This document shows, one piece after another, positions 8,133-19,150 of a stretch of DNA of 42,309 bases. Location: IMG/VR virus record IMGVR_UViG_638341085_000012, one strand, 5' to 3'. Source of the stretch: a virus (Duplodnaviria > Heunggongvirae > Uroviricota > Caudoviricetes). How positions within the stretch are numbered: the first letter of the stretch is position 1; every line of letters begins with the position of its first letter. The position numbers and the translations under genes were made by a program. Below the pieces are notes generated by a model. It was not told where the DNA came from. It worked only from the letters and a program-made list of their open reading frames with translations, and did not search any database.

Positions 8133-8200
8133 ACAAGAAAGATTGTATGTTGTAAACAAGGAATATTGTAAAAAGGGGCGTGAAAAACAAACTCCATTGT
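8133..8200. promoter_or_regulatory. 434-type left operators OL1-3 (three ACAA-N6-TTGT 14-mers) spanning pL
   Basis: ACAAGAAAGATTGT 8133..8146, ACAAGGAATATTGT 8156..8169, ACAAACTCCATTGT 8187..8200. Confidence 0.6.
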
Positions 8201-8249
8201 TTTTAAATGAAAAATAGTTTGTTTTTGGTTATCGAGATTGAGGTGGGGA

Positions 8250-9602
<1,353 letters not shown>

Positions 9603-9610
9603 GACATTCC

Positions 9611-9642
9611 CGCTCTTACACATCCCAGCCCTGAAAAAGGGC
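9611..9642 (+). promoter_or_regulatory. nutR: nutR (boxA CGCTCTTACA, boxB GCCCTGAAAAAGGGC)
   Basis: Exact lambda-type boxA and boxB between cro and cII. Confidence 0.75.
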
Positions 9643-9718
9643 ATTACCAGAAACAAATCTCTATGGTTTTGCGTTTCTTTGCGAAGCCAACTCTATCTAA
9701 TCATTAAGGAAATTATCT

Positions 9719-10000
9719 ATGGGTACTATTGCAACTAAAAGCAAGAAAGCGGCTCGCATCGAGTCAGCCTTGCTGAACAAACTGGCACTGATGGGGCAGA
9801 AGACATTCGCTCGAGCAATGGGGGTTCCTGAATATCAGGTAAGCCGATGGAAGAATGGTTTCTTCTCGCAGGTAAGCATGATGCTTGCTGTTCTGGAATA
9901 CGGAATCGAAGACGATGAAATGGCTGAATTGACTAAGCGGCTTGCCGATTACCTGACAAAAGAAAAAGCCCCGAAGAACGGCGAATTCTTCGAGGCCTAA
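9719..10000 (+). CDS. cII: CII transcriptional activator, 93 aa
   Basis: [15 protein letters not shown]...[32 protein letters not shown] resembles recalled lambda CII. Confidence 0.85.
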   Translation: MGTIATKSKKAARIESALLNKLALMGQKTFARAMGVPEYQVSRWKNGFFSQVSMMLAVLEYGIEDDEMAELTKRLADYLTKEKAPKNGEFFEA

Positions 10001-10034
10001 TGTAGAAAGACTGGATCAATCCACGGGAGTAATT

Positions 10035-10181
10035 ATGACAAAACAACTCAGTCCTTACCAGGACAAAATTCACAAACACATACTACGTGATCGCTTCCTG
10101 TCCAGCTTCAAGCAGCCTGGTCGATTCCGGGCTGAGTTGGAAAAAGTGAAGCTGATGCAGAAGGAGAAAGGTCATGAGTAA
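10035..10181 (+). CDS. Hypothetical small protein, 48 aa
   Basis: GGAG SD; stop overlaps the O start; below the track cutoff. Confidence 0.3.
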   Translation: MTKQLSPYQDKIHKHILRDRFLSSFKQPGRFRAELEKVKLMQKEKGHE

Positions 10182-11034
10182 TCTTGCAACCGTAACACAT
10201 TTAAGGCCTTCACAACGGCCTGTGGAGCGTCGTGTGGCAGAAGTTGAAGATGGTTATACCCGTCTTGCAAATGCCCTGTATGAAGAGCTTATCGGCGCAG
10301 ATTTAACGAAAAATCAGAGCAAGGTTGCCCACGCCATATGCCGTAAAACATACGGCTACGGTAAAAAGATGGATCGCATCTCTGATAGTCAGTTAGCTCA
10401 AATTACCAGGCTGCCAAGACAGAAGGTAAACAAGGCCAAGAATGAGCTTATCGCGATGAAGGTTATCCTTCGCGAAGGCCAGCAAATCGGGCCTAACAAG
10501 AACATCGAGGAATGGCAAATAGAAGGGTGTCACTACTCTGGTGATAATGTCACTGCATTGGTGACAAAAAGCGTCACCAAAACGGTGACAGCGCTGTCAC
10601 CAAAACAGGGACACACAAAAGAAACTATTACAAAAGAAAAAAGAAATAATAAAAACACTATGTCCGAAAGTGTTCGGACGGAGTGTGAAAAATCACATGA
10701 CCGTCACGAAGAAACCGACAAGGCATTCGAGGAAATATTCTGGTGTGCAGGCATGCGGAAAGCCGGGAAGAAAAACGCAGCTTCGGCATTCAGAACACAG
10801 TTCAGGGAATGGCGTAAAACTACCAGGGGTACGGCAAGCGAGTTTGCCACGATGCTGGCAGAAGACATCGCATGCAGGAATGGTAAGCAGTTCGGATTCG
10901 ACAGGTTGTTACCATCGAGCTACCTGAACGGTCAACGCTGGAACGACGAGAAGCCAGAAACTATTCAACCACAATCCAAACCATCATCCGCAATCACCGT
11001 ATCGAAAACTGGCTACGTGTTTTTCGACAGGTGA
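10174..11034 (+). CDS. Replication initiator O-like protein, 286 aa
   Basis: N-terminal region resembles lambda O ([14 protein letters not shown]...[40 protein letters not shown]); iterons inside the gene. Confidence 0.85.
   Translation: MSNLATVTHLRPSQRPVERRVAEVEDGYTRLANALYEELIGADLTKNQSKVAHAICRKTYGYGKKMDRISDSQLAQITRLPRQKVNKAKNELIAMKVILREGQQIGPNKNIEEWQIEGCHYSGDNVTALVTKSVTKTVTALSPKQGHTKETITKEKRNNKNTMSESVRTECEKSHDRHEETDKAFEEIFWCAGMRKAGKKNAASAFRTQFREWRKTTRGTASEFATMLAEDIACRNGKQFGFDRLLPSSYLNGQRWNDEKPETIQPQSKPSSAITVSKTGYVFFDR
10540..10601. repeat. Putative replication origin iterons inside the O gene, followed by an A/T-rich stretch
   Basis: GGTGATAATGTCAC, GGTGACAAAAAGCGTCACC and GGTGACAGCGCTGTCACC in tandem; A/T-rich 10615..10660. 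Confidence 0.6.
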
Positions 11035-11141
11035 ACCATGAAATCAAAAATCAAATCGCTACTGGTTGCTGGTTATAACCACGGCTGGTTAAGTATTTCG
11101 TTTGTCGATTTCTGGTTTAAAAATCTCAATCTGAGGGAATC

Positions 11142-13022
11142 ATGACGCCAAGTGAACTTAGCGACCTGCTTTGGGCGCAGGTTGACAGGGTGGCTCCGCA
11201 CCTGTTGCCAAACGGCAAGAAAGAGGGGCATGAGTGGGTTGCCGGTAACGTCAATGGTGACAAGGGAAACAGCCTTAAGGTCAACCTTAGCGGCAAGAAA
11301 AGATGGGCTGATTTCGCTGAGGGAGACGGCGGTGACATGCTTGATTTGTGGATGGCATGTCGTGGAATTAACCTGCATCAGGCTATGCAGGAAGCGAAAG
11401 CATTTCTCGGTATCAAGGATGACGATCACCATTTCGATGCCAAACGTGAGAAAAAATTCTCCAGACCTGATCGCAAGAAAATCGCCCGCTACGTTACCAG
11501 AACAGAATCCCATCTTGAGTACCTGCAATCGCGTGGCATATCGCCAGAAGTCGTAAAGCGCTACGAGGTTGTCAGCGGCAAGGTGTGGAATGGAGAACGA
11601 GAACTTGATGCACTGGTGCTTCCGTACAAACGCGATGGTGAGTTGTTGCAGGTCAAGCGAATCAGCACTGAGCGCCCGGACGGGAAGAAAGTCATTATGG
11701 CAGAAGGTGATTGCGAACCTTGTCTGTTCGGATGGCAGGCTCTGGACGCTGGCGTGAGGGCGGTTGTACTTTGCGAAGGCGAAATTGATTGTATGAGCTA
11801 TGCGCAATACGGCATCTCGGCGTTATCCGTGCCGTTTGGTGGCGGGAAAGGCGCTAAGCAACAGTGGATTGAGTTTGAGTATCACAACCTCGACAGGTTT
11901 GAGGAAATATTCATCTCGATGGACGTTGATGATGTTGGTCGTGAAGCCGCAAGGGAAATCGCAAGCCGACTCGGTGAACATCGTTGCCGTCTTGTTACTC
12001 TGCCGTACAAAGACATCAACGAATGCCTGATGAACGGTGTTACCGAGGATGAAATCTGGCAGTACATCGGCACGGCATCCTACTTTGATCCTGAAGAACT
12101 CTACAGCGCGCGAGAGTTTTACCAGGACACTATCAACGCTTTCTACGGCAAGCAGCAGTATCTGTTTAATCCACCGTGGGAATCTCTGGCAGATAAATTC
12201 CAGTTTCGTGAGGCCGAGTTGACGCTGGTCAATGGTGTGAACGGTCACGGAAAAACGGAGGTTGTCGGGCATATGGCACTTGAGGCAATGCGTCAGGGTG
12301 TGAAGACGTGCATCGCGTCACTTGAGCTGAAGCCTGGTATTCTCCTTAAGCGCCTTACCCGTCAGGCGACGTGCTGCAAGATGCCGCCAGTGCTGGAAAT
12401 TGACTCTGCATTTAAATTTTATGACGAAAGACTTTGGGTGTTTGGCCTGACTGGAACGGCGAAAGCCGACAGGCTGATCGAAATATTCGACTACGCTCGC
12501 CGCCGATACGGCATCCAGTTATTCATCATCGACAGCCTGATGAAATGCGGCATAGGTGACGATGACTATAACGGGCAGAAAGCATTTGTTGACTCGATTT
12601 GTGACTTCAAAAACAAAACAAACTCCCACGTCATTCTCGTTACTCACTCCAGAAAAGGAGATAGCGAAGAAAAACCAACCGGGAAAATGGACGTAAAAGG
12701 CTCTGGAGCGATAACAGACCTGACAGACAACCTTTTTATCATCTGGCGTAACAAGGCTCGCGAGAGAGCGTTACAGAGAGTTCAGAGTGGTGAAAAGATG
12801 TCAGAGAAGGACGAACAGCTACTGGCATCTCCGGCATCTGTTTTGATGCTTGAAAAACAACGTAACGGCGAAGGTTGGGAAGGTGGTGTCCCGTTGTTCC
12901 TTGACGAGCAATCGCACCAGTTCCTGCAACTTGAATCAGGATCGCCTTATAGCTACATCGCCAATATGCCGAAATCGGAATATGACGAGGCGTGGCGACA
13001 GGAAAACGTGACGGAGTATTAA
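11142..13022 (+). CDS. Primase-helicase fusion (TOPRIM primase domain plus SF4/DnaB-like helicase), 626 aa
   Basis: TOPRIM-like VVLCEGEIDCMSY and MDVDDVG acidic motifs; Walker A GVNGHGKTE and Walker B LFIIDSL. Confidence 0.75.
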   Translation: MTPSELSDLLWAQVDRVAPHLLPNGKKEGHEWVAGNVNGDKGNSLKVNLSGKKRWADFAEGDGGDMLDLWMACRGINLHQAMQEAKAFLGIKDDDHHFDAKREKKFSRPDRKKIARYVTRTESHLEYLQSRGISPEVVKRYEVVSGKVWNGERELDALVLPYKRDGELLQVKRISTERPDGKKVIMAEGDCEPCLFGWQALDAGVRAVVLCEGEIDCMSYAQYGISALSVPFGGGKGAKQQWIEFEYHNLDRFEEIFISMDVDDVGREAAREIASRLGEHRCRLVTLPYKDINECLMNGVTEDEIWQYIGTASYFDPEELYSAREFYQDTINAFYGKQQYLFNPPWESLADKFQFREAELTLVNGVNGHGKTEVVGHMALEAMRQGVKTCIASLELKPGILLKRLTRQATCCKMPPVLEIDSAFKFYDERLWVFGLTGTAKADRLIEIFDYARRRYGIQLFIIDSLMKCGIGDDDYNGQKAFVDSICDFKNKTNSHVILVTHSRKGDSEEKPTGKMDVKGSGAITDLTDNLFIIWRNKARERALQRVQSGEKMSEKDEQLLASPASVLMLEKQRNGEGWEGGVPLFLDEQSHQFLQLESGSPYSYIANMPKSEYDEAWRQENVTEY

Positions 13023-13099
13023 ATGACCATCTACATCACTGAGCTTGTAACAGGCCTGCTGGTAATCGCAGGCCTTTTTATTTGGGGGAGAGGGAAGTC

Positions 13100-13540
13100 A
13101 TGAAAAAACTAACCTTTGAAATTCGATCTCCAGCACATCAGCAAAACGCTATTCACGCAGTACAGCAAATCCTTCCAGACCCAACCAAACCAATCGTAGT
13201 AACCATTCAGGAACGCAACCGCAGCTTAGACCAGAATCGAAAGCTTTGGGCTTGCCTTGGTGACGTCTCTCGTCAGGTTGAATGGCATGGTCGCTGGCTG
13301 GATGCAGAAAGCTGGAAGTGTGTGTTTACCGCAGCATTAAAGCAGCAGGATGTTGTTCCTAACCTTGCCGGGAATGGCTTTGTGGTAATAGGCCAGTCAA
13401 CCAGCAGGATGCGTGTAAGCGAATTTGCGGATCTATTAGAGCTTATACAGGCATTCGGTACAGAGCGTGGCGTTAAGTGGTCAGACGAAGCGAGACTGGC
13501 TCTGGAGTGGAAAGCGAGATGGGGAGATCGGGCTGCATGA
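13100..13540 (+). CDS. ninB: NinB (Orf-family recombination mediator), 146 aa
   Basis: MKKLTFEIRSPAHQQNAIHAVQQILPDPTKP... matches recalled lambda NinB; strong SD. Confidence 0.85.
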   Translation: MKKLTFEIRSPAHQQNAIHAVQQILPDPTKPIVVTIQERNRSLDQNRKLWACLGDVSRQVEWHGRWLDAESWKCVFTAALKQQDVVPNLAGNGFVVIGQSTSRMRVSEFADLLELIQAFGTERGVKWSDEARLALEWKARWGDRAA

Positions 13541-14064
13541 CTATCAAATCAAATACGCCAGCACACGACAAGGACTGCTGGCAAACGCCGCTTTGGCTTT
13601 TTGATGCACTGGATATTGAGTTTGGATTCTGGCTGGATTCGGCAGCGAGCGACAAAAATGCTCTGTGCGCTCACTGGCTAACTGAGGCTGACGACGCGCT
13701 AAATTCTGAGTGGATAAGCCACGGTGCAATCTGGAATAACCCACCGTACAGCAATATCAGGCCGTGGGTGGAAAAAGCCGCTGAGCAGTGCATACAACAG
13801 CGACAGCCGGTAGTGATGCTTGTGCCAGAGGATATGTCTGTCGGATGGTTCAGCAAGGCTCTGGAGAGTGTTGACGAAGTTCGCATTATCACTGATGGAC
13901 GGATTAATTTTATCGAACCATCGACGGGGCTGGAGAAGAAGGGAAACAGCAAAGGCTCCATGCTGCTGATTTGGCGACCATTCATCAGTCCTCGACGGAT
14001 GTTTACTACCGTATCCAAAGCGGCATTGATGGCGATCGGGCAGGGTGTCAGGAGGGCTGCATGA
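13537..14064 (+). CDS. Phage Dam-like DNA N6-adenine methyltransferase, 175 aa
   Basis: NPPY catalytic motif (IWNNPPYSN); ATGA overlaps with the ninB stop and the ninC start. Confidence 0.75.
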   Translation: MTIKSNTPAHDKDCWQTPLWLFDALDIEFGFWLDSAASDKNALCAHWLTEADDALNSEWISHGAIWNNPPYSNIRPWVEKAAEQCIQQRQPVVMLVPEDMSVGWFSKALESVDEVRIITDGRINFIEPSTGLEKKGNSKGSMLLIWRPFISPRRMFTTVSKAALMAIGQGVRRAA

Positions 14065-14933
14065 TAAATGTCGTTAGTTTCTCAGGTGGCAGGACGTCAG
14101 CATATTTGCTCTGGCTAATGGAGCAAAAGCGACGGGCAGGTGAAGACGTGCATTACGTTTTCATGGATACAGGTTGTGAACATCCAATGACATATCGGTT
14201 TGTCAGGGAAGTTGTGAAGTTCTGGGATATACCGCTCACCGTATTGCAGGTTGATATCAACCCGGAGCTTGGACAGCCAAATGGTTATACGGTATGGGAA
14301 CCAAAGGATATTCAGACGCGAATGCCTGTTCTGAAGCCATTTATCGATATGGTAAAGAAATATGGCACTCCATACGTCGGCGGCGCGTTCTGCACTGACA
14401 GATTAAAACTCGTTCCCTTCACCAAATACTGTGATGACCATTTCGGGCGAGGGAATTACACCACGTGGATTGGCATCAGAGCTGATGAACCGAAGCGGCT
14501 AAAGCCAAAGCCTGGAATCAGATATCTTGCTGAACTGTCAGACTTTGAGAAGGAAGATATCCTCGCATGGTGGAAGCAACAACCATTCGATTTGCAAATA
14601 CCGGAACATCTCGGTAACTGCATATTCTGCATTAAAAAATCAACGCAAAAAATCGGACTTGCCTGCAAAGATGAGGAGGGATTGCAGCGTGTTTTTAATG
14701 AGGTCATCACGGGATCCCATGTGCGTGACGGACATCGGGAAACGCCAAAGGAGATTATGTACCGAGGAAGAATGTCGCTGGACGGTATCGCGAAAATGTA
14801 TTCAGAAAATGATTATCAAGCCCTGTATCAGGACATGGTACGAGCTAAAAGATTCGATACCGGCTCTTGTTCTGAGTCATGCGAAATATTTGGAGGGCAG
14901 CTTGATTTCGACTTCGGGAGGGAAGCTGCATGA
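14061..14933 (+). CDS. ninC: NinC-like PAPS-reductase-fold protein, 290 aa
   Basis: PP-loop SFSGGRTS near the N-terminus; size and position as lambda NinC. Confidence 0.75.
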   Translation: MINVVSFSGGRTSAYLLWLMEQKRRAGEDVHYVFMDTGCEHPMTYRFVREVVKFWDIPLTVLQVDINPELGQPNGYTVWEPKDIQTRMPVLKPFIDMVKKYGTPYVGGAFCTDRLKLVPFTKYCDDHFGRGNYTTWIGIRADEPKRLKPKPGIRYLAELSDFEKEDILAWWKQQPFDLQIPEHLGNCIFCIKKSTQKIGLACKDEEGLQRVFNEVITGSHVRDGHRETPKEIMYRGRMSLDGIAKMYSENDYQALYQDMVRAKRFDTGSCSESCEIFGGQLDFDFGREAA

Positions 14934-15103
14934 TGCGATGTTATCGGTGCGGTGAATGCAAAGAAGATAACCGCTTCCGACCAAATCAACCTTACTGGAA
15001 TCGATGGTGTCTCCGGTGTGAAAGAACACCAACAGGGGTGTTACCACTACCGCAGGAAAAGGAGGACGTGTGGCGAGACAGCGACGAAGTATCACCGACA
15101 TAA
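14930..15103 (+). CDS. ninD: NinD-like small Cys-rich protein, 57 aa
   Basis: [16 protein letters not shown]...; ATGA overlap with the ninC stop; below the track cutoff. Confidence 0.5.
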
Positions 15104-15246
15104 TCTGTGAAAACTGCAAATACCTTCCAACGAAACGCTCCAGAAATAAACGCAAGCCAATCCCAAAAGAATCTGACGTAAAAACCTTCAACTACACGGC
15201 TCACCTGTGGGATATCCGGTGGCTAAGACATCGTGCGAGGAAATGA
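15070..15246 (+). CDS. ninE: NinE-like protein, 58 aa (GTG start)
   Basis: [58 protein letters not shown] matches recalled lambda NinE; AAGGAGGA SD. Confidence 0.6.
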
Positions 15247-15608
15247 CAATGGATTATTCACAGTTAAGTGATTTTGAAATTAACGTGGCGGTATTCGAAG
15301 CCATTCATAACGGATCACCGGATTACAAAGAAGGTGAGAATGGCGATATGGTGTTTGTCTCATTTGAGGGAGACATTGTAAACGGAGACGCAGTTGAAGT
15401 AGAAGTTGAGCGCGGATCCTTTAACCCATGCGCAAACCCAGCAGACTCATGGCCGATTATTGAAAAATACAGGATTAGCATTATCAATCTCGATGAAGAC
15501 GAGTGGGGTGCACGCGGTGTGGCCTACTGTAAATCTAAGCGAGCTATACATGAAAATCCCCTTCGCGCCGCCATGATTGTCTTTCTCATGATGCAGAGAA
15601 TCCAATAA
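15243..15608 (+). CDS. Hypothetical acidic nin-region protein, 121 aa
   Basis: ATGA overlap with the ninE stop and TAATG overlap with the ninF start; [24 protein letters not shown]... Confidence 0.5.
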
Positions 15609-16322
15609 TGCTTAGCCCATCCCAATCCCTTCAATACCAGAAAGAAAGCGTCGAGCGAGCTTTAACGTGCGCTAACTGCGGCCAGAAGCTGCATGTGCTG
15701 GAAGTTCACGTGTGTGAGCGTTGTATATATGAATGCTTAAATATGGTGGAACATAATGAGAAATATAAGCAACATAGACGAATTAAGAAATAAATTATCA
15801 TATGATGATGTTTTAGGTGTACTTAGATGGAAAGTGTCTCCTTCTAATAATGTTAAGGTTGGCAGTGTTGCTGGTTACATTAGGAGTGATGGTTATAGGA
15901 TGTTAACTATCGATGGTGTAATTACTTATGCTCACCACGTTATATGGATGATAAATAATGGTGAGATTCCATTAGGGTATAAAATTGATCATATAAATGG
16001 AGTAAGGTCAGATAATAGGCTATCTAATCTTCGATTGGTTACACACCAACAGAATGCACAGAACCAAAAGAGAAAAATAACCAATTCGTCAGGAGTGACT
16101 GGAGTATATTTCAATAAAGAGAGATGTAAGTGGATTGCGAATATATGCGTAGATGGGCGCACCAAATATCTTGGAATATTTGCTAGCATCATTGACGCTA
16201 TTGCAGAAAGGAAGAGGGCAGAAAAAGAACTGGGTTTTCATGAAAACCATGGTAGACCATAACTGCGCAGAACTGATGAGCGATCCGAATAGCTCGATGT
16301 ACGAGGAAGAAGACGATGGCTA
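15608..16322 (+). pseudogene. ninF: ninF interrupted by a 539-bp insertion: 5' fragment 15608..15724 (39 codons) and 3' fragment 16264..16322 (19 codons) in different frames
   Basis: 5' part [39 protein letters not shown] and 3' part [19 protein letters not shown] together reconstitute recalled lambda NinF; the insert is not a multiple of 3. Confidence 0.6.
15756..16262 (+). CDS. HNH homing endonuclease with AP2-type DNA-binding domain, 168 aa
   Basis: HNH motif HINGVRSDNRLSNLRLVTHQQNAQN; C-terminal SGVTGVYFNKERCKWIANICVDGRTKYLGIF; AT-rich relative to flanks. Confidence 0.8.
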   Translation: MRNISNIDELRNKLSYDDVLGVLRWKVSPSNNVKVGSVAGYIRSDGYRMLTIDGVITYAHHVIWMINNGEIPLGYKIDHINGVRSDNRLSNLRLVTHQQNAQNQKRKITNSSGVTGVYFNKERCKWIANICVDGRTKYLGIFASIIDAIAERKRAEKELGFHENHGRP

Positions 16323-16927
16323 AACCAGCGCGAAGACGATGTAAAAACGATGAATGTCGGGAATGGTTTCACCCTGCATTCGCCAATCAGTGGTGGTGCT
16401 CTCCAGAGTGTGGAACCAAGATAGCACTCGAACGACGAAGTAAAGAACGCGAAAAAGCGGAAAAAGCAGCAGAGAAGAAACGACGACGAGAGGAGCAGAA
16501 ACAGAAAGATAAACTTAAGATTCGAAAACTCGCCTTAAAGCCCCGCAGTTACTGGATTAAACAAGCCCAACAAGCCGTAAACGCCTTCATCAGAGAAAGA
16601 GACCGCGACTTACCATGTATCTCGTGCGGAACGCTCACGTCTGCTCAGTGGGATGCCGGACATTACCGGACAACTGCTGCGGCACCTCAACTCCGATTTG
16701 ATGAACGCAATATTCACAAGCAATGCGTGGTGTGCAACCAGCACAAAAGCGGAAATCTCGTTCCGTATCGCGTCGAACTGATTAATCGCATCGGGCAGGA
16801 AGCAGTAGACGAAATCGAATCAAACCATAACCGCCATCGCTGGACTGTCGAAGAGTGCAGGGCCATCAAGGCGGAGTATCAGCAGAAACTCAAAGACCTG
16901 CGAAATAGCAGAAGTGAGGCCGCATGA
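16316..16927 (+). CDS. ninG: NinG/Rap recombination-promoting nuclease, 203 aa
   Basis: [20 protein letters not shown]...; Cys-rich zinc motif; overlaps the ninF 3' fragment as in lambda. Confidence 0.85.
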   Translation: MAKPARRRCKNDECREWFHPAFANQWWCSPECGTKIALERRSKEREKAEKAAEKKRRREEQKQKDKLKIRKLALKPRSYWIKQAQQAVNAFIRERDRDLPCISCGTLTSAQWDAGHYRTTAAAPQLRFDERNIHKQCVVCNQHKSGNLVPYRVELINRIGQEAVDEIESNHNRHRWTVEECRAIKAEYQQKLKDLRNSRSEAA

Positions 16928-17130
16928 CGTTCTCAGTAAAAACCATTCCAGACATGCTCGTTGAAGCATACGGAAACCAGACAGAAGTAGCACGCAGACT
17001 GAAATGTAGTCGCGGTACGGTCAGAAAATACGTTGATGATAAAGACGGGAAAATGCACGCCATCGTCAACGACGTTCTCATGGTTCATCGCGGATGGAGT
17101 GAAAGAGATGCGCTATTACGAAAAAATTGA
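16924..17130 (+). CDS. ninH: NinH, 68 aa
   Basis: [37 protein letters not shown]... matches recalled lambda NinH. Confidence 0.85.
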   Translation: MTFSVKTIPDMLVEAYGNQTEVARRLKCSRGTVRKYVDDKDGKMHAIVNDVLMVHRGWSERDALLRKN

Positions 17131-17773
17131 TGGCAGCAAATACCGAAATATTTGGGTAGTTGGCGATCTGCACGGATGCTACACGAACCTGATGAAAAAA
17201 CTGGAGACGATAGGATTCGACACCAAAAAAGACCTGCTTATCTCGGTTGGCGATTTGGTCGATCGCGGTACAGAGAACGTCGAATGCCTGGAATTAATCA
17301 CATTCCCCTGGTTCAGAGCTGTACGTGGAAACCATGAGCAAATGATGATTGATGGCTTATCAGAGCGTGGAAACGTTAATCACTGGCTGCTTAATGGCGG
17401 TGGCTGGTTCTTCAATCTCGATTACGACAAAGAGATTCTGGCTAAAGCTCTTGCCCATAAAGCAGAAGAACTTCCGTTAATCATCGAACTGGTGAGCAAA
17501 GATAAAAAATACGTCATCTGCCACGCCGATTATCCCTGTGACGAATACGAGTTTGGAAAGCCAGTTGATCATCAGCAGGTAATCTGGAACCGCGAACGAA
17601 TCAGCAACTCACAAGACGGGATCGTGAAAAAAATCAAAGGCGCGGACACGTTCATCTTTGGTCATACGCCAGCAATGAAACCACTCAAATTTGCCAACCA
17701 GATGTATATCGATACTGGAGCAGTGTTCTGCGGAAATCTCACATTGATTCAGGTACAGGGAGAAGGCGCATGA
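17108..17773 (+). CDS. ninI: Ser/Thr protein phosphatase NinI (lambda PPase family), 221 aa
   Basis: Metallophosphatase motifs GDLHGC, GDLVDRG, GNHE. Confidence 0.85.
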   Translation: MRYYEKIDGSKYRNIWVVGDLHGCYTNLMKKLETIGFDTKKDLLISVGDLVDRGTENVECLELITFPWFRAVRGNHEQMMIDGLSERGNVNHWLLNGGGWFFNLDYDKEILAKALAHKAEELPLIIELVSKDKKYVICHADYPCDEYEFGKPVDHQQVIWNRERISNSQDGIVKKIKGADTFIFGHTPAMKPLKFANQMYIDTGAVFCGNLTLIQVQGEGA

Positions 17774-18393
17774 GACTCGAAAGCGTAGCTAAATTTCATT
17801 CGCCAAAAAGCCCGATGATGAGCGACTCACCACGGGCTACGGCTTCTGACTCTCTTTCCGGTACTGATGTGATGGCTGCTATGGGGATGGCGCAATCACA
17901 AGCCGGATTCGGAATGGCTGCATTCTGCGGTAAGCATGAACTCAGCCAGAACGACAAACAAAAGGCTATCAACTATCTGATGCAATTTGCACACAAGGTA
18001 TCGGGGAAATACCGTGGTGTGGCAAAGCTCGAAGGAAATACTAAGGCAAAGGTGCTGCAAGTGCTCGCAACATTCGCTTATGCGGATTATTGCCGTAGTG
18101 CCGCGACGCCGGGAGCAAGATGCAGAGATTGCCACGGTACAGGCCGTGCGGTTGATATAGCAAAAACAGAGCAGTGGGGGAGAGTTGTTGAGAAAGAGTG
18201 CGGAAGATGTAAAGGCGTCGGTTATTCAAGAATGCCAGCAAGCGCAGCATATCGCGCTGTGACGATGCTAATCCCAAACCTTACCCAACCCACCTGGTCA
18301 CGCACTGTTAAGCCGCTGTATGACGCTCTGGTGGTGCAATGCCACAAAGAAGAGTCAATCGCAGACAACATTTTGAATGCGGTCACACGTTAG
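17770..18393 (+). CDS. Q: Late antiterminator Q, 207 aa
   Basis: [31 protein letters not shown]... matches recalled lambda Q over its length. Confidence 0.9.
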   Translation: MRLESVAKFHSPKSPMMSDSPRATASDSLSGTDVMAAMGMAQSQAGFGMAAFCGKHELSQNDKQKAINYLMQFAHKVSGKYRGVAKLEGNTKAKVLQVLATFAYADYCRSAATPGARCRDCHGTGRAVDIAKTEQWGRVVEKECGRCKGVGYSRMPASAAYRAVTMLIPNLTQPTWSRTVKPLYDALVVQCHKEESIADNILNAVTR

Positions 18394-18435
18394 CAGCATG
18401 ATTGCCACGGATGGCAACATATTAACGGCATAATA

Positions 18436-18464
18436 TTGACTTTTTGAATAAAGTTGGGTAAATT
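18436..18464 (+). promoter_or_regulatory. Late promoter PR' (-35 TTGACT, 17-bp spacer, -10 TAAATT)
   Basis: Lambda-like PR' sequence downstream of Q. Confidence 0.65.
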
Positions 18465-18499
18465 TGACCCAACGATGGATAAATGCACTCGTTAAATAA

Positions 18500-18535
18500 A
18501 GCCCTGAGTTAATAGCTCGGGGCTTTTTGCGTTTT
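18500..18535 (+). terminator. Strong rho-independent terminator ~40 nt downstream of PR'
   Basis: AGCCCTGAG-TTAATA-CTCGGGGCT followed by TTTTGCGTTTT. Confidence 0.65.
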
Positions 18536-18671
18536 AAGCACGGCCTTTCTGAAAGCACATCAAACCAAATACCAGGCAGACCAAAATAATCACCTTATCC
18601 GCTGTGTCTACGGTGCGGTGTGCTTTGCATAAAAGAAAACCAGCGCAATGGCTGGCTTCGTGAAAGCGGGT

Positions 18672-18710
18672 GGCAAGAGGTTGCGCTAACAACCTCCTGC
18701 CGTTTTGCCC
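18672..18710 (+). terminator. Lambda tR'-like terminator
   Basis: GGCAAGAGGTTGCGCTAACAACCTCCTGCC followed by GTTTTGCC. Confidence 0.65.
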
Positions 18711-18826
18711 GTGCATATCGGTCACGAACAAATCTGATTACTAAACACAGTAGCCTGGATTTGTTCTATCAGTAATCGACCTTATTCCTAATTAAATAGA
18801 GCAAATCCCCTTATTGGGGGTAAGAC

Positions 18827-19150
18827 ATGAAGATGCCAGAAAAACATGACCTGTTAGCCGCCATTCTCGCGGCAAAGGAACAAGGCATCGGGGCAATCCT
18901 TGCGTTTGCAATGGCGTACCTTCGCGGCAGATATAATGGCGGTGCGTTTACAAAAACAGTAATCGACGCAACGATGTGCGCCATTATCGCCTGGTTCATT
19001 CGTGACCTTCTCGACTTCGCCGGACTAAGTAGCAATCTCGCTTATATAACGAGCGTGTTCATCGGCTACATCGGTACTGACTCGATTGGTTCGCTTATCA
19101 AACGCTTCGCTGCTAAAAAAGCCGGAGTAGAAGATGGTGGAAATCAATAA
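18827..19150 (+). CDS. S: Holin S (S107/S105 dual start), 107 aa
   Basis: [41 protein letters not shown]... matches recalled lambda S. Confidence 0.9.
   Translation: MKMPEKHDLLAAILAAKEQGIGAILAFAMAYLRGRYNGGAFTKTVIDATMCAIIAWFIRDLLDFAGLSSNLAYITSVFIGYIGTDSIGSLIKRFAAKKAGVEDGGNQ

Noticed and set aside
11073-11807. 244-aa minus-strand ORF overlapping the start of the primase-helicase gene
   Set aside because: Antisense to a well-supported gene; translation is low-quality (rich in Leu, Ser, Phe, Cys, no motifs) and lacks an RBS. Most likely a shadow ORF.
11823-12272. 149-aa minus-strand ORF inside the primase-helicase gene
   Set aside because: Fully antisense to the TOPRIM-coding region; no independent support.
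15725-16263. Possibility that the ninF interruption is a self-splicing group I intron or an intein
   Set aside because: The 539-bp insert is almost entirely taken up by the 507-bp HNH ORF, leaving no room for an intron ribozyme core. The HNH ORF and the two ninF fragments are in three different frames, which excludes an intein.
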